Source: Promethearchaeia archaeon (GTDB taxonomy: Archaea > Asgardarchaeota > Lokiarchaeia > Sigyniarchaeales > SOKP01). From it: a stretch of 20,781 bases of DNA. The first letter of the stretch is position 1. Every line of letters begins with the position of its first letter. The stretch covers positions 1 through 20,781 of the forward strand of contig JAHQWG010000044.1 of the NCBI GenBank assembly GCA_029856045.1. Reading direction: 5' to 3'. This document shows, piece by piece, positions 1-8,859 of the stretch. The notes under the pieces are model-generated. The model made no database searches, was not told where the DNA came from, and saw only the letters and a list, made by a program, of their open reading frames with translations. A program made the position numbers and the translations under genes.

Positions 1-1
1 T

Positions 2-157
2 ATAGATTCGTGGGATACAGAGTTAGGTGCAAAACTATGGGAGACAGGTTTAATTCTAGGTTATCCTATCGAGAATACATTATCTCTCTATTATAAAGAT
101 TCAAAAAAAGTAAAGGAAAATAATAAACAAGCTTCATTTATAGATAGAAAATATTAA
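2..157 (+). CDS. 3' end of a hypothetical protein (truncated by window edge)
   Basis: Open frame from window start, IDSWDTELGAKLWETGLILGYPIENTLSLYY...DRKY, ending TAA 155-157; convergent with the ADH gene with a 4-bp gap. Confidence 0.6.
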   Translation: MDSWDTELGAKLWETGLILGYPIENTLSLYYKDSKKVKENNKQASFIDRKY

Positions 158-161
158 ATTC

Positions 162-1328
162 CTACCTCTTGTAGCTTCTTTTAATTAGAGTGTTTATTTC
201 CTCAAGAGTAGCGACTTTAGGATGAATAATATAGTTCCGAAGTTTGATTGTATCATCACCGATTGCTTTTAATATATTTTCAGGCACTTTTTTATCCTTA
301 AAATCCATCCACATACCGATTTTTTTAAGAAATATATCCATTTCATTACATGCTTCTTCCGCTGCAACTTCATCAGACTCATCTTCTAATTTAGGATTAA
401 ATAGTCTTCCTACCGTTGCATATTTAGATATTGCATGCTTCCACGTCCATCGGTTTATTTCAGGATACATAATTGCAAGAGATTCTCCATGCATTATATT
501 TGTCGTATGCCCTCCAATAGCCATACCTATTCCATGAGGTAAGGTTGTTCCCGTATTTGTAATACAAAGACCTCCAAGGGTACTACCTAGAGAAAGCGCT
601 TCTCTTGCTTTCCTATTTGACCCATCATCAACAGCAATTGGAAGATGCTTGATTACTAGTTTTATTGATTCCAACGCAATAAGATCGATATAATATGATG
701 CATTTATGTTTAAATAACTTTCAAATGAATGGCAAAAAGTATCAAAGCCAGCAGAAGCTGTAATATGTGGTGGAACCGTTAATGTGAGTTCAGGATCAAT
801 AATACTAACCCTCGGACAAAGAGACCAATCAGCAAGCGCAGATTTTATTTTTTTATTTGCATTTTTTACAACTGACATATTTGTGACTTCGGCACCTGTG
901 CCAGCTATAGTAGGAACTGCTATAATTGGAAGTAGCTTTTTATTATCAATTTGTTTTTGCCCCAGACGGTAATCCCATGCTTCTCCTTCATGGGTAGCAC
1001 CGACAGCCACAGCTTTAGCAGTATCAATGCTAGAACCACCGCCCACTCCTAAAACAACGTCAATTTTATTTTTAATTGCCATTTCAGAAGCAAGATTTAT
1101 ACATTCAATTGTTGGATTGGGAATAACTCCCTCAAAATGAAATAATTCAACACCTGCCTCAGTACATAAATTTTTTATCTTTTCAAATAATGGTTGTAAA
1201 GCTGGAAAGGATTTGACCGTTACCAAAAGACATCTCTTTCCAATACGCGCAATTACTCTCCCTATTTCATTCACACGACCCCATCCGAATCTAATACGGG
1301 TTGGTTGATAATAATTAAAATTTCTCAT
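162..1328 (-). CDS. Iron-containing (group III) alcohol dehydrogenase
   Basis: 388 aa; N-terminal PTRIRFGWG, GGGSSIDTAK, AVPTIAGTGAEVT and IIDPELT motifs; metal ligands in D-T-F-C-H, LPHG and MHG. Confidence 0.93.
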   Translation of the reverse strand: MRNFNYYQPTRIRFGWGRVNEIGRVIARIGKRCLLVTVKSFPALQPLFEKIKNLCTEAGVELFHFEGVIPNPTIECINLASEMAIKNKIDVVLGVGGGSSIDTAKAVAVGATHEGEAWDYRLGQKQIDNKKLLPIIAVPTIAGTGAEVTNMSVVKNANKKIKSALADWSLCPRVSIIDPELTLTVPPHITASAGFDTFCHSFESYLNINASYYIDLIALESIKLVIKHLPIAVDDGSNRKAREALSLGSTLGGLCITNTGTTLPHGIGMAIGGHTTNIMHGESLAIMYPEINRWTWKHAISKYATVGRLFNPKLEDESDEVAAEEACNEMDIFLKKIGMWMDFKDKKVPENILKAIGDDTIKLRNYIIHPKVATLEEINTLIKRSYKR

Positions 1329-1514
1329 ATTATTTTCTCAAATATTTATTAAAATTATTGAAAACTTTGATTATACTATTTGTGAGTTATCTATTTATTC
1401 ATTATCTTATTTTAATGTTTATTTTTATTTTTTAGATTGATTACTTATTCGCCACTCTTTACCCTTTTTTTAAAAAATATTTTCAATTATTAAATAAAAA
1501 AAAGGAATGATAAA

Positions 1515-1757
1515 ATGATTGAAGATACAGGAAATTTTTTTGTAAATTTTTGCCTTGATAGAGTTGAAACTCTAAGAAATATGAGAGAAGAAATATATAA
1601 AGAGATTGGAACGAAAAAGGGAGATATATTTCTGAAACATACCAACCAAATGGAACTTGATATAATGAAATTTAGTAATACTAATAATACAGATACTAAA
1701 TCACTGAATAAAGTACTCCTAAATAAAATTAACTTCAAAAAACTTCTTGAAAAATAA
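1515..1757 (+). CDS. Small hypothetical protein (80 aa)
   Basis: ATG-started ORF filling the gap; normal composition; no recognised family. Confidence 0.5.
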   Translation: MIEDTGNFFVNFCLDRVETLRNMREEIYKEIGTKKGDIFLKHTNQMELDIMKFSNTNNTDTKSLNKVLLNKINFKKLLEK

Positions 1758-1765
1758 AAAAAAAA

Positions 1766-2629
1766 CTAATACAAATTAGCAATAATTGGATTCAATAACG
1801 TTATTATCTCAGTCCTATGAGAAAATATTTCCTCCATTGTTATAGTTTCACGGTGAGATTTTGAATTTCTCAAATCAGCTAAATACAAACATGCATCTTT
1901 AATAATATGTAATGTCCCATTATCAATTTTATCCAATAAACAATCCTTAAATTCCTTTATTTCGATTAAACTCTCCTCATCCTCAAAAGATTCGATAATT
2001 TTTACCCAAACTCCCAATGGAATCGATTTATTATCTTTAAGCCATCCAAATTTTTTGTAAATATCAGGAGACATTTGTTTTTGAAAATATTTCTTTTTAA
2101 TTAAAGACTTAAAATGAACAGATATACATTCATCCAGCATAATTTCAAGCGCTTTAGCATAATTATTGATTATCGGAGAAGCATCAGGAAGATCATCATT
2201 TGATTTATAATATTCAAATATCTTCTCAGCAGAGATCAAAGAATCGCGAACTTTTTTACTCGTAATTTTATCAAGTTCTAATTTATCGGAATTATTTAAT
2301 TTTCTATAGATCTTATCTATCCTGGAAGCAATTTTACTAAGTAATTGCTTGTATTTCTCCAACCTTCCCTTCTGAGCTTTAGGATTTTCAATATATTGCT
2401 TGATCTCTGCTTCAATAAAAAACTTTATTACTTCTTTAATATCCTCTACCGATTTAAGACCGTGCTCGATTATCAGTTTTTTTAATTCTCTTTGTTGAAT
2501 TTGACCTTGGTTTAATCTCACAATCTTCTCTTTCAATACCACTAAATAATTCTCCTCAAAAAGAATATCCTTAATCGAATCTCCTAAAAAATTCAATTTG
2601 CCAAATCTCGGTTCTTCATTACCACTCAT
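1766..2629 (-). CDS. Hypothetical protein with putative C-terminal HEPN domain
   Basis: 287 aa helical protein; YAKALEIML helix followed by an RxxxxH motif (LRNSKSH) near the C-terminus. Confidence 0.6.
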   Translation of the reverse strand: MSGNEEPRFGKLNFLGDSIKDILFEENYLVVLKEKIVRLNQGQIQQRELKKLIIEHGLKSVEDIKEVIKFFIEAEIKQYIENPKAQKGRLEKYKQLLSKIASRIDKIYRKLNNSDKLELDKITSKKVRDSLISAEKIFEYYKSNDDLPDASPIINNYAKALEIMLDECISVHFKSLIKKKYFQKQMSPDIYKKFGWLKDNKSIPLGVWVKIIESFEDEESLIEIKEFKDCLLDKIDNGTLHIIKDACLYLADLRNSKSHRETITMEEIFSHRTEIITLLNPIIANLY

Positions 2630-3021
2630 AATCTTATTATTAATTTACGTCTCTTGCATAATTTTTTATTTCTACGTTCTTTTAATATAAGACGGGTTGT
2701 TATTAATTCTATAAATCATAAATAAAAAGAACATATATAAAGAAAAAATTGCAAAATGTAAGCTTATTATTCGTTTTTAGTTATTACATCAAAATTATAT
2801 TCATTTATTCGACAAATTTTTCTAAAAATCAATACATTATTTGAAATTAACCACTCAGATTTTAATAAAATTTTTAAGCAAACAACTTAATCCAAAATAA
2901 CTAAATAAAAGAACAAAAAAGTTTTAAATTAATCAATCAAAAATTAAAATTGTAACAATTAAAATCAATTTATTTTTGAAAATTAAATTGTTAAAAAATT
3001 ATTCATAAAAGTGTTAAAAAA

Positions 3022-3456
3022 ATGGTTGATAAAGGTAAACTTGCTAAGTTAAAGGAGAAAATGGAAGCAGGTGCAGATGCTGCTAGCGTTGATGATATTC
3101 CTCTTGTCTGGGACTTTTTTGTTGACCTAGCAAATGAAAACGAAGAAATCCAAGATGAGATCGCTGATGCCACTGTTCGAGTACAAATGGTTTTAACGGA
3201 CGCTGATAATAAGTATTGGTTAAGAGTAGAAGAAGGAAAAATGAGCTGGGGCGAAGGAACGATTGATGACCCCACATTCACGTTTAGTGCAGTTAAAAAA
3301 ATCGGAGTTGGGATGCTCTTCGGAGAAGTTGATGCCACCAGTGCATACATGGCGGGAGATATAACAGTTGAGGGGAACCTCCAAGATGCCATGTTCTTCC
3401 AGGAAATTATTGAACTTTCCATGGAAATTGCGGAAGATCTATTTGATGAATTATAG
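3022..3456 (+). CDS. SCP2 (sterol carrier protein 2) lipid-binding domain protein
   Basis: 144 aa; GEVDATSAYMAGDITVEGNLQDAM matches the SCP2 C-terminal pattern. Confidence 0.85.
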   Translation: MVDKGKLAKLKEKMEAGADAASVDDIPLVWDFFVDLANENEEIQDEIADATVRVQMVLTDADNKYWLRVEEGKMSWGEGTIDDPTFTFSAVKKIGVGMLFGEVDATSAYMAGDITVEGNLQDAMFFQEIIELSMEIAEDLFDEL

Positions 3457-3591
3457 GCTTAGCTTTAAGTAAATTAATAAAGTAACACTAAAATTTCCTT
3501 TTCTTTTTTTTTCCAAATTAATTAAAATTCAATTTTTTTTCTTTTATTTTTATTAAATAAACTAAGATGAATATCAATCTAAGAAAAATAA

Positions 3592-3699
3592 TGGCGCCCC
3601 CAGCGGGATTTGAACCCGCGTCGCAGGAGTGACAGTCCCGAATGCTCTCGGTCGGAACTCATTATAGAGTTTGCGAAGACCGGGCTACACTATAGGGGC
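3592..3699 (-). tRNA. tRNA-Asp(GTC) with 30-nt D-loop intron; CCA encoded
   Basis: Spliced 78-nt cloverleaf: acceptor GCCCCTA/TGGGGGC, anticodon arm CGGGA-CTGTCAC-TCCTG, T arm GCGGG-TTCAAAT-CCCGC, 3' GCCA. Confidence 0.95.
3647..3676 (-). other. tRNA-Asp intron at position 20b/21
   Basis: Central helix CGGT/ACCG, bulges CT^T and AG^A; removal gives the normal D-loop AGCCCGGTCTA. Confidence 0.85.
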
Positions 3700-3815
3700 A
3701 ATAGTATAAAATAATAATATGATAAATGGTAAAAAATTTAAAAATTTTATTGAAATTTTAGGACCAAGTTTTTAGGGGAAGATTTGTGTTTTAAAAGTTG
3801 TTTGTTTATTTCTTT

Positions 3816-4223
3816 TTAATTTTCATTTTTAAGTTTTTTGATGATATCTTCAAGAATGTTTATGATACGTTCCTTGTATGGTGTTTGATTGGGGTAATTA
3901 TAGCTGAAGGTTTTCCAATGGGGGCGTTTATGTCCCAGTTTAAATTTCACGCCGTTCATGGAAGTCATGTAGGAGTTATTATTTATTTTAGTGGCTATTT
4001 GGTCGGCTATTATATACCAATGAAATTTTGTTTTGATGGCGGCGCCAGTATTGGTAGGTGCAGGGTTGATTCTGGTTTTTATGGAATTGAATTTAAAATT
4101 CCATCTATCAGGAGTATTTTTAGTTTCATACCATTTACCATTCTTGTAATTCCAATGATGTGAATTACCAATTTTCATACCAGAATAAATTTTATTATTA
4201 TATGTTTTAAGGGAATCATACAT
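3816..4223 (-). CDS. Hypothetical protein (135 aa, basic, Trp/Tyr/His-rich)
   Basis: ATG-started ORF; YSGMKIGNSHHWNY and FHWYIIADQ segments resemble an uncharacterised family I recall from bacteria (unverified). Confidence 0.7.
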   Translation of the reverse strand: MYDSLKTYNNKIYSGMKIGNSHHWNYKNGKWYETKNTPDRWNFKFNSIKTRINPAPTNTGAAIKTKFHWYIIADQIATKINNNSYMTSMNGVKFKLGHKRPHWKTFSYNYPNQTPYKERIINILEDIIKKLKNEN

Positions 4224-4565
4224 TTTTTAAACACCAATTTTTCTATGTAATTCTTTAATTATTTGTTCTATCAACAATTTTTTCTAACTTATTGTGTCCC
4301 AAGATAATTTTTCTTAATATTAGTAATAGCCAATATAAAATTATCATATAAATATAATGAAGGTCTCCCAATTTTTCGTTAATAATCCCTTAAGCATTTA
4401 GAATTTTAATATTTGGATTTTAAAAGCAATATTTTATAAAAAAAACCTTTAATGAATGCATTAATTTTATTTAATTAAAGGAAAACCAAAAAATTAATAT
4501 ATTTGAGAGTTGCATTATTAAAACGTTGGGGTTTTTTTATCTATTTAAAGTTGTGTGCATAAATT

Positions 4566-4982
4566 TTGGTTGATGATAAAATCAATAAAGATTTGATTGA
4601 GAAGTTCAAAAAAGGAACCTTTAATTTGGAAAGAGATTTTAAAGACTACCTTAATTTAAATAAGGAGTATTCAGAAACAGATCCTGATTTTATCGATTTT
4701 ATTAAAGATATTCAAAAAGTTTTTCAAGTTAAATTAAGTGATGTTGATTTTAATTTTTGGGTGGACTTTTCTAATGGTAAGATAGAATATGATTTTAAAA
4801 TCCATCCCGATCCCAATGTAGTTATTCTCATGACTAAAAAAGTACTTACTGATTTTTTATTGGAAAAAATTGACCCTGCAATTGCTTATATGGCAGGTAA
4901 AATAAATATAATTGGGAGCGTTTCAGATGCACTCCTTCTTGGAAAATTGCTTAAATATTCTACTACTAAAATGCTTAAATAA
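4566..4982 (+). CDS. SCP2 domain protein (second paralogue), TTG start
   Basis: 138 aa; KIDPAIAYMAGKINIIGSVSDAL SCP2-type motif, similar to 3022..3456. Confidence 0.8.
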   Translation: MVDDKINKDLIEKFKKGTFNLERDFKDYLNLNKEYSETDPDFIDFIKDIQKVFQVKLSDVDFNFWVDFSNGKIEYDFKIHPDPNVVILMTKKVLTDFLLEKIDPAIAYMAGKINIIGSVSDALLLGKLLKYSTTKMLK

Positions 4983-5012
4983 TAAGAAATGACTTTTTGG
5001 AAAATTTTTTCC

Positions 5013-5246
5013 TTATTTTAATTTGAAATATTTTTTTTTTAAGTCTTTTTTGTATTTGAACCATGGTGGTATTAGTTGCATATCAGAGTGTTTATTAATA
5101 TTATAGCTAAAACTCAATGGATGGATTAATTTAATAATATCTTGGGCTGTTCCTTCATTTTTCAATTTTCCAGACTTTGCTATAAAGAAATCCAAAAATT
5201 CCTTTTTAATTGATTTTTTCTTAATTTTAGATTCATTTTTGCTCAT
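5013..5246 (-). CDS. Small basic hypothetical protein (77 aa)
   Basis: ATG-started ORF in an otherwise empty gap; no family recognised. Confidence 0.4.
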   Translation of the reverse strand: MSKNESKIKKKSIKKEFLDFFIAKSGKLKNEGTAQDIIKLIHPLSFSYNINKHSDMQLIPPWFKYKKDLKKKYFKLK

Positions 5247-5385
5247 AGAATCTTCATTTTACAAAAATTATTTCTAAAAAAAAAATATATAATAATCTAT
5301 ATAAAACTGTAAGGATTAAGTGTTTTTGTTAAATTAATCAAATATTATATATTGCATTGAAATTTATAATAATATGTAAATCTAT

Positions 5386-5488
5386 AGGGACGTAGCTCAG
5401 CGGATAGAGCGGTGGCCTTCGGAGCCAAGGGTCGGGGAAAGATTCCCGTTTCGGGGGTTTTCCGAAAGTTCAAATCCCTCCGTTCCTA
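5386..5488 (+). tRNA. tRNA-Arg(TCG) with 30-nt T-arm intron
   Basis: Spliced 73-nt cloverleaf: acceptor AGGGACG/CGTTCCT, D arm GCTC/GAGC with A20, anticodon loop CTTCGGA, T arm GGGG^G-TTCAAAT-CCCTC; CCA not encoded. Confidence 0.93.
5438..5467 (+). other. tRNA-Arg intron at position 52/53
   Basis: Central helix TCGG/CCGA, bulges GG^A and AA^G; intron stem AAGATTCCC/GGGGGTTTT. Confidence 0.9.
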
Positions 5489-5730
5489 CTAGAATTTCAA
5501 TAAAATATGTTTCTTTAGTTTGAAATAACATAGAAAAAAATTAGAAAAAAACTCACTTAAGATAAGTAAATGCTATTAAATTTAAATTAATAAGATATGG
5601 CAATCAAAATTAAAGTCGAAATATTACCAGAAGGATTTTTTATTGGATTTTTATACATAAGTCATTAATATGATTATTGGTTAAATTAAATATATATAGG
5701 TAAAAAGAGAATAGAAGAATAGAGTTCATT

Positions 5731-6081
5731 ATGAGTGTTGATCTTGATCTAATTATCCAAAATGTCACTCAAAAATTTTCAGGGATTTATTTTCTTCTTA
5801 TTGCTACTGAAAATGGAGTGGTGGAAAGATCATATATTAATGAGGATGAATTTAATCCGGCAAAAATCGCTATTAATATGTCTATGACGTATGAATCGTC
5901 AGAGGATATAACTTCTGAAATTGGGATTGAGAAACCGGATTTTTCTATCATTCATAGTCAGAACTTTTATATTTTAAGTATGAAAATTTTGGAGCATTTA
6001 ATTATTATATTATGTGATGATCAAATAAATATCTCTGACATTTTCACTACAATTAACGATTGCATAGTTTCATCTTCTTAA
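5731..6081 (+). CDS. Roadblock/LC7-like small protein
   Basis: 116 aa; alpha-beta-beta-alpha-beta-beta-beta-alpha pattern with GIYFLLIATENGVV, typical of roadblock-fold proteins. Confidence 0.65.
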   Translation: MSVDLDLIIQNVTQKFSGIYFLLIATENGVVERSYINEDEFNPAKIAINMSMTYESSEDITSEIGIEKPDFSIIHSQNFYILSMKILEHLIIILCDDQINISDIFTTINDCIVSSS

Positions 6082-6230
6082 AACTAGCATGATTAACTTT
6101 TTTATCTTCTTCTTTTACAAAAAAAAATATTTTTATTTAAAATGTTTCAAGGTCTGAAATTAATAAATAACAAGAAGCTTTAAAGATATTATAAAATTTT
6201 TTATAATATTAAAAAGGTTATAATATTATA

Positions 6231-6749
6231 ATGGAAGGTATCGATTTTCCTCCCTATTTGATTGAAAAAATCTTTCCCCCGAAAGAATGCATTAACCTAG
6301 TAGATACAAATGATGATGGATTATCTGATTCTATTCAAATTCAAGCAATAAATTGGGTTTTACCATTTACAATCCCTGAAACGATTGATTTAGGTGATTT
6401 TAATTTAGAAACAACTGATTTATCTAGTATGATACAAATTATGATCGATTCGGAACCTTTAGAAATCTATGATATGAAATATTTAAGAGAAAACGCAAGA
6501 TTTTTTTTCAAGGGAAATAATTTTACATTCAATTCCATTTTGGATGGAACACTTGCTGGACAAACTGTTGCTGTGGGAGATAAATTAACAATTTTATTGA
6601 AATTAAAGGAAGCAGATACGAAAAAGCTTGAAGAGAGTAAGGGAAAACATGAGATCATTATAAATATAAAAAGCCTCCCGACTTTAACTATAAAGTATGA
6701 GTTATTTGAAAAAAACATGAATATAAAATTTGATCCTAGTAAAACTTAG
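6231..6749 (+). CDS. Hypothetical protein (172 aa) with a DxNxDG-type loop
   Basis: ATG-started ORF; DTNDDGLSD resembles a Ca2+-binding Dx[DN]xDG motif; beta-rich C-terminal half. Confidence 0.7.
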   Translation: MEGIDFPPYLIEKIFPPKECINLVDTNDDGLSDSIQIQAINWVLPFTIPETIDLGDFNLETTDLSSMIQIMIDSEPLEIYDMKYLRENARFFFKGNNFTFNSILDGTLAGQTVAVGDKLTILLKLKEADTKKLEESKGKHEIIINIKSLPTLTIKYELFEKNMNIKFDPSKT

Positions 6750-6778
6750 GGGATTGGAAATATATAGAATAATGAAAT

Positions 6779-6792
6779 AATTAAATTTATAA
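6779..6792 (+). promoter_or_regulatory. Putative TATA-containing promoter of coiled-coil gene A
   Basis: AATTAAATTTATAA, repeated identically upstream of paralogue B (7819-7832); the AT-rich background limits confidence. Confidence 0.4.
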
Positions 6793-6844
6793 CAACTTAA
6801 AAAAAAAAAGATCATTATTACTAATAATATTTAGATGTGATTTA

Positions 6845-7660
6845 ATGAGTATTAATTGGGTTTCAATTGAAACTGATCCAAGTAAGAAGTTAAAGGTTGA
6901 GGGTCGAATTTTATTAGATTTTCGAGAGAAGGTAAATGCCTTAGAGAAAGTCTTGACTTCTAATAATGCAGAACTAAATAAAATGAAAAATGAGTTATCT
7001 GATACTAATGCGAAATTATTAGAAACTGAAACAAAATTATCGGTAAATGAAAAGAATCTAAATGAAGCTAATGATAAATTATCTTTGACAGAAGAGAGTT
7101 TAAGTGAAGCTAATGGGAAATTAGAAACAACGGAAAAGAAATTAAATGAAATAAGTGAGAAATATGAATCTACGGAAAAAAATTTAGCTGCCACTAATGA
7201 ATGGTTAGCTTCCACTGAGCAAAGTTTAAGAGAAGCAAATGAGAAAATAAATTCTTTTGAACAAGAATTAAATTCTACTAAGGATGATAAAGATACTGGA
7301 ATTCATAAAATGTCTGAACTTGAATCGACTTTAAAAGAAAGTAATACTAAAATTTCAGAATTAGAAGAACAATTATCTGAATCTAACAAAAAATTTAAGG
7401 AATTTGAAGGAAAAATCAATTTAATTACTGATGCCGAGCGAATTATCTCTGCAAAGGAGAAGGAAATTGAAAGTTTAAAAGTCGAATTAGAAGAAAAAGC
7501 TAATAATATAAATGAACTCAATAAAAAACTCCAATCTATCGAATCCGAACTTTCAGATGGAGATAAATTTCCAAGCCTATGTGCAAAAATTCAAAAACTT
7601 GCCGAACTGAAAGGTTTCATTACAGATAAGGATATCGAAGATCTCCTCAAAGAATTTTAA
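6845..7660 (+). CDS. Coiled-coil protein, paralogue A (271 aa)
   Basis: Head MSINWVSIETDPSKK, heptad rod with five 14-aa repeats (about 7046-7255), tail KGFITDKDI. Confidence 0.88.
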   Translation: MSINWVSIETDPSKKLKVEGRILLDFREKVNALEKVLTSNNAELNKMKNELSDTNAKLLETETKLSVNEKNLNEANDKLSLTEESLSEANGKLETTEKKLNEISEKYESTEKNLAATNEWLASTEQSLREANEKINSFEQELNSTKDDKDTGIHKMSELESTLKESNTKISELEEQLSESNKKFKEFEGKINLITDAERIISAKEKEIESLKVELEEKANNINELNKKLQSIESELSDGDKFPSLCAKIQKLAELKGFITDKDIEDLLKEF

Positions 7661-7818
7661 GAGTTAGTTAATATTTTAAACTCTTATAATTAAATCTCTC
7701 TTTTTTTCGGGTACTATTCGATTTTTAATTATTTTGCAAATTACTTTTCGATTGAGAAATTAAGATAAAACACAATTGCTAATACTTAAAAGAGATAAAA
7801 AAAAATGATTTATTTAAC

Positions 7819-7832
7819 AATTAAATTTATAA
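7819..7832 (+). promoter_or_regulatory. Putative TATA-containing promoter of coiled-coil gene B
   Basis: Identical 14-mer to 6779-6792. Confidence 0.4.
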
Positions 7833-7898
7833 TAATGAAAAATAGAAAGATAAATATAAAAATAAATTTAGAATTCAATATTTTAGAGGTGTTAAATA

Positions 7899-8717
7899 AT
7901 TAGCGTTGAATGGCCTAAAATTGAATCTGATCCATCTAAAAAATATAAGATTGACGGACACGTGTTATTAAATTTACGAGAGAAAGCAGATGAACTAAAA
8001 AATCAGTTAAATTCTTCTAAAGCAGGTTTAGAAAAAATAAGTGATGAATTAAATAAAACAAAATCGAAATTATTAGAGGCTGAAGCAAAATTATCAACAA
8101 CTGAAAAGAATTTAAATGAAGTTAATGAAAAATTAGTTGGTACAGAAAGGAATTTAAATGAGACTAACGAAAAGTTGAATTCTACTGAAAAGAGTCTAAG
8201 CGAAACTCAAGAAAGATTATCTTCCACAGAACAGCAATTGAGTGAAGCGACTGAAAAGATAGATTCTCTCGAACAAAACTTAAATGTAATTAAAGGAGAG
8301 AAGCAAGCTTTAACCAATAAATCAACTGAACTTGAATCTACCTTAGAATCAACTAAATCGGTATTACATGATATAAGAAATAAAGATTTTGATTTGGAAA
8401 AACAACTTGAAGCTTCAAAATTGAAAATTTCAGAATTAGAAGAACGAATACAGTCGACTTCAGGTAAATCATCTGATTTAGGGCAAAAAATGTTATCTAA
8501 AGAAAGAGAAATGGATGAAATAAAATCCGAATTAGAAGAGAAATCAAATGAAATAAATGAGCTTAACCATAAAATTAAAACATTATTATCTGAATTATCA
8601 GTAGGAGAAACGCTTCAGAAAGTTCAGACCAGAATACAGGAAGTGGTTGATTCGAAAGGTTTCATAACTGATAAGGAAATTGAGAAGTTAATTCGTGAGT
8701 TTAACGTGTCGCTTTAA
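7899..8717 (+). CDS. Coiled-coil protein, paralogue B (272 aa; probable ATT start)
   Basis: Frame extends 21 codons upstream of the ORF-track GTG to ATT-AGC-GTT-GAA-TGG (xSVEWPKIESDPSKK), which aligns with Met1 of A and C; SD GAGGTG at 7886-7891; in-frame TAA at 7893; four 14-aa repeats at about 8100-8267. Confidence 0.85.
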   Translation: MSVEWPKIESDPSKKYKIDGHVLLNLREKADELKNQLNSSKAGLEKISDELNKTKSKLLEAEAKLSTTEKNLNEVNEKLVGTERNLNETNEKLNSTEKSLSETQERLSSTEQQLSEATEKIDSLEQNLNVIKGEKQALTNKSTELESTLESTKSVLHDIRNKDFDLEKQLEASKLKISELEERIQSTSGKSSDLGQKMLSKEREMDEIKSELEEKSNEINELNHKIKTLLSELSVGETLQKVQTRIQEVVDSKGFITDKEIEKLIREFNVSL

Positions 8718-8859
8718 TAATGCGAGGAGTGTGAGTGGAGGGAATAGCACGCTTTAATATTTTAATTTTAAAAATCTTATTTTGATTTTTTTGAGTAATT
8801 AATCTTTTATAGAAATTCGTTTAATATATTTTATAACGATTATAAAAAAATTGATATTA

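Noticed and set aside
244-972. Plus-strand ORFs 244..537 and 784..972
   Set aside because: Antisense shadows of the ADH gene
1490-1738. 82-aa minus-strand ORF
   Set aside because: Overlaps the more plausible plus-strand 80-aa ORF and has antisense-like composition
3003-4163. ORFs 3003..3422(-), 3083..3277(-) and 3798..4163(+)
   Set aside because: Antisense shadows of the SCP2 gene and the 135-aa gene, with atypical composition
8705-8754. Second mRNA BHB intron at the end of gene B
   Set aside because: Only the 4-bp helix and 1-2 flanking pairs form; the gene is complete without splicing
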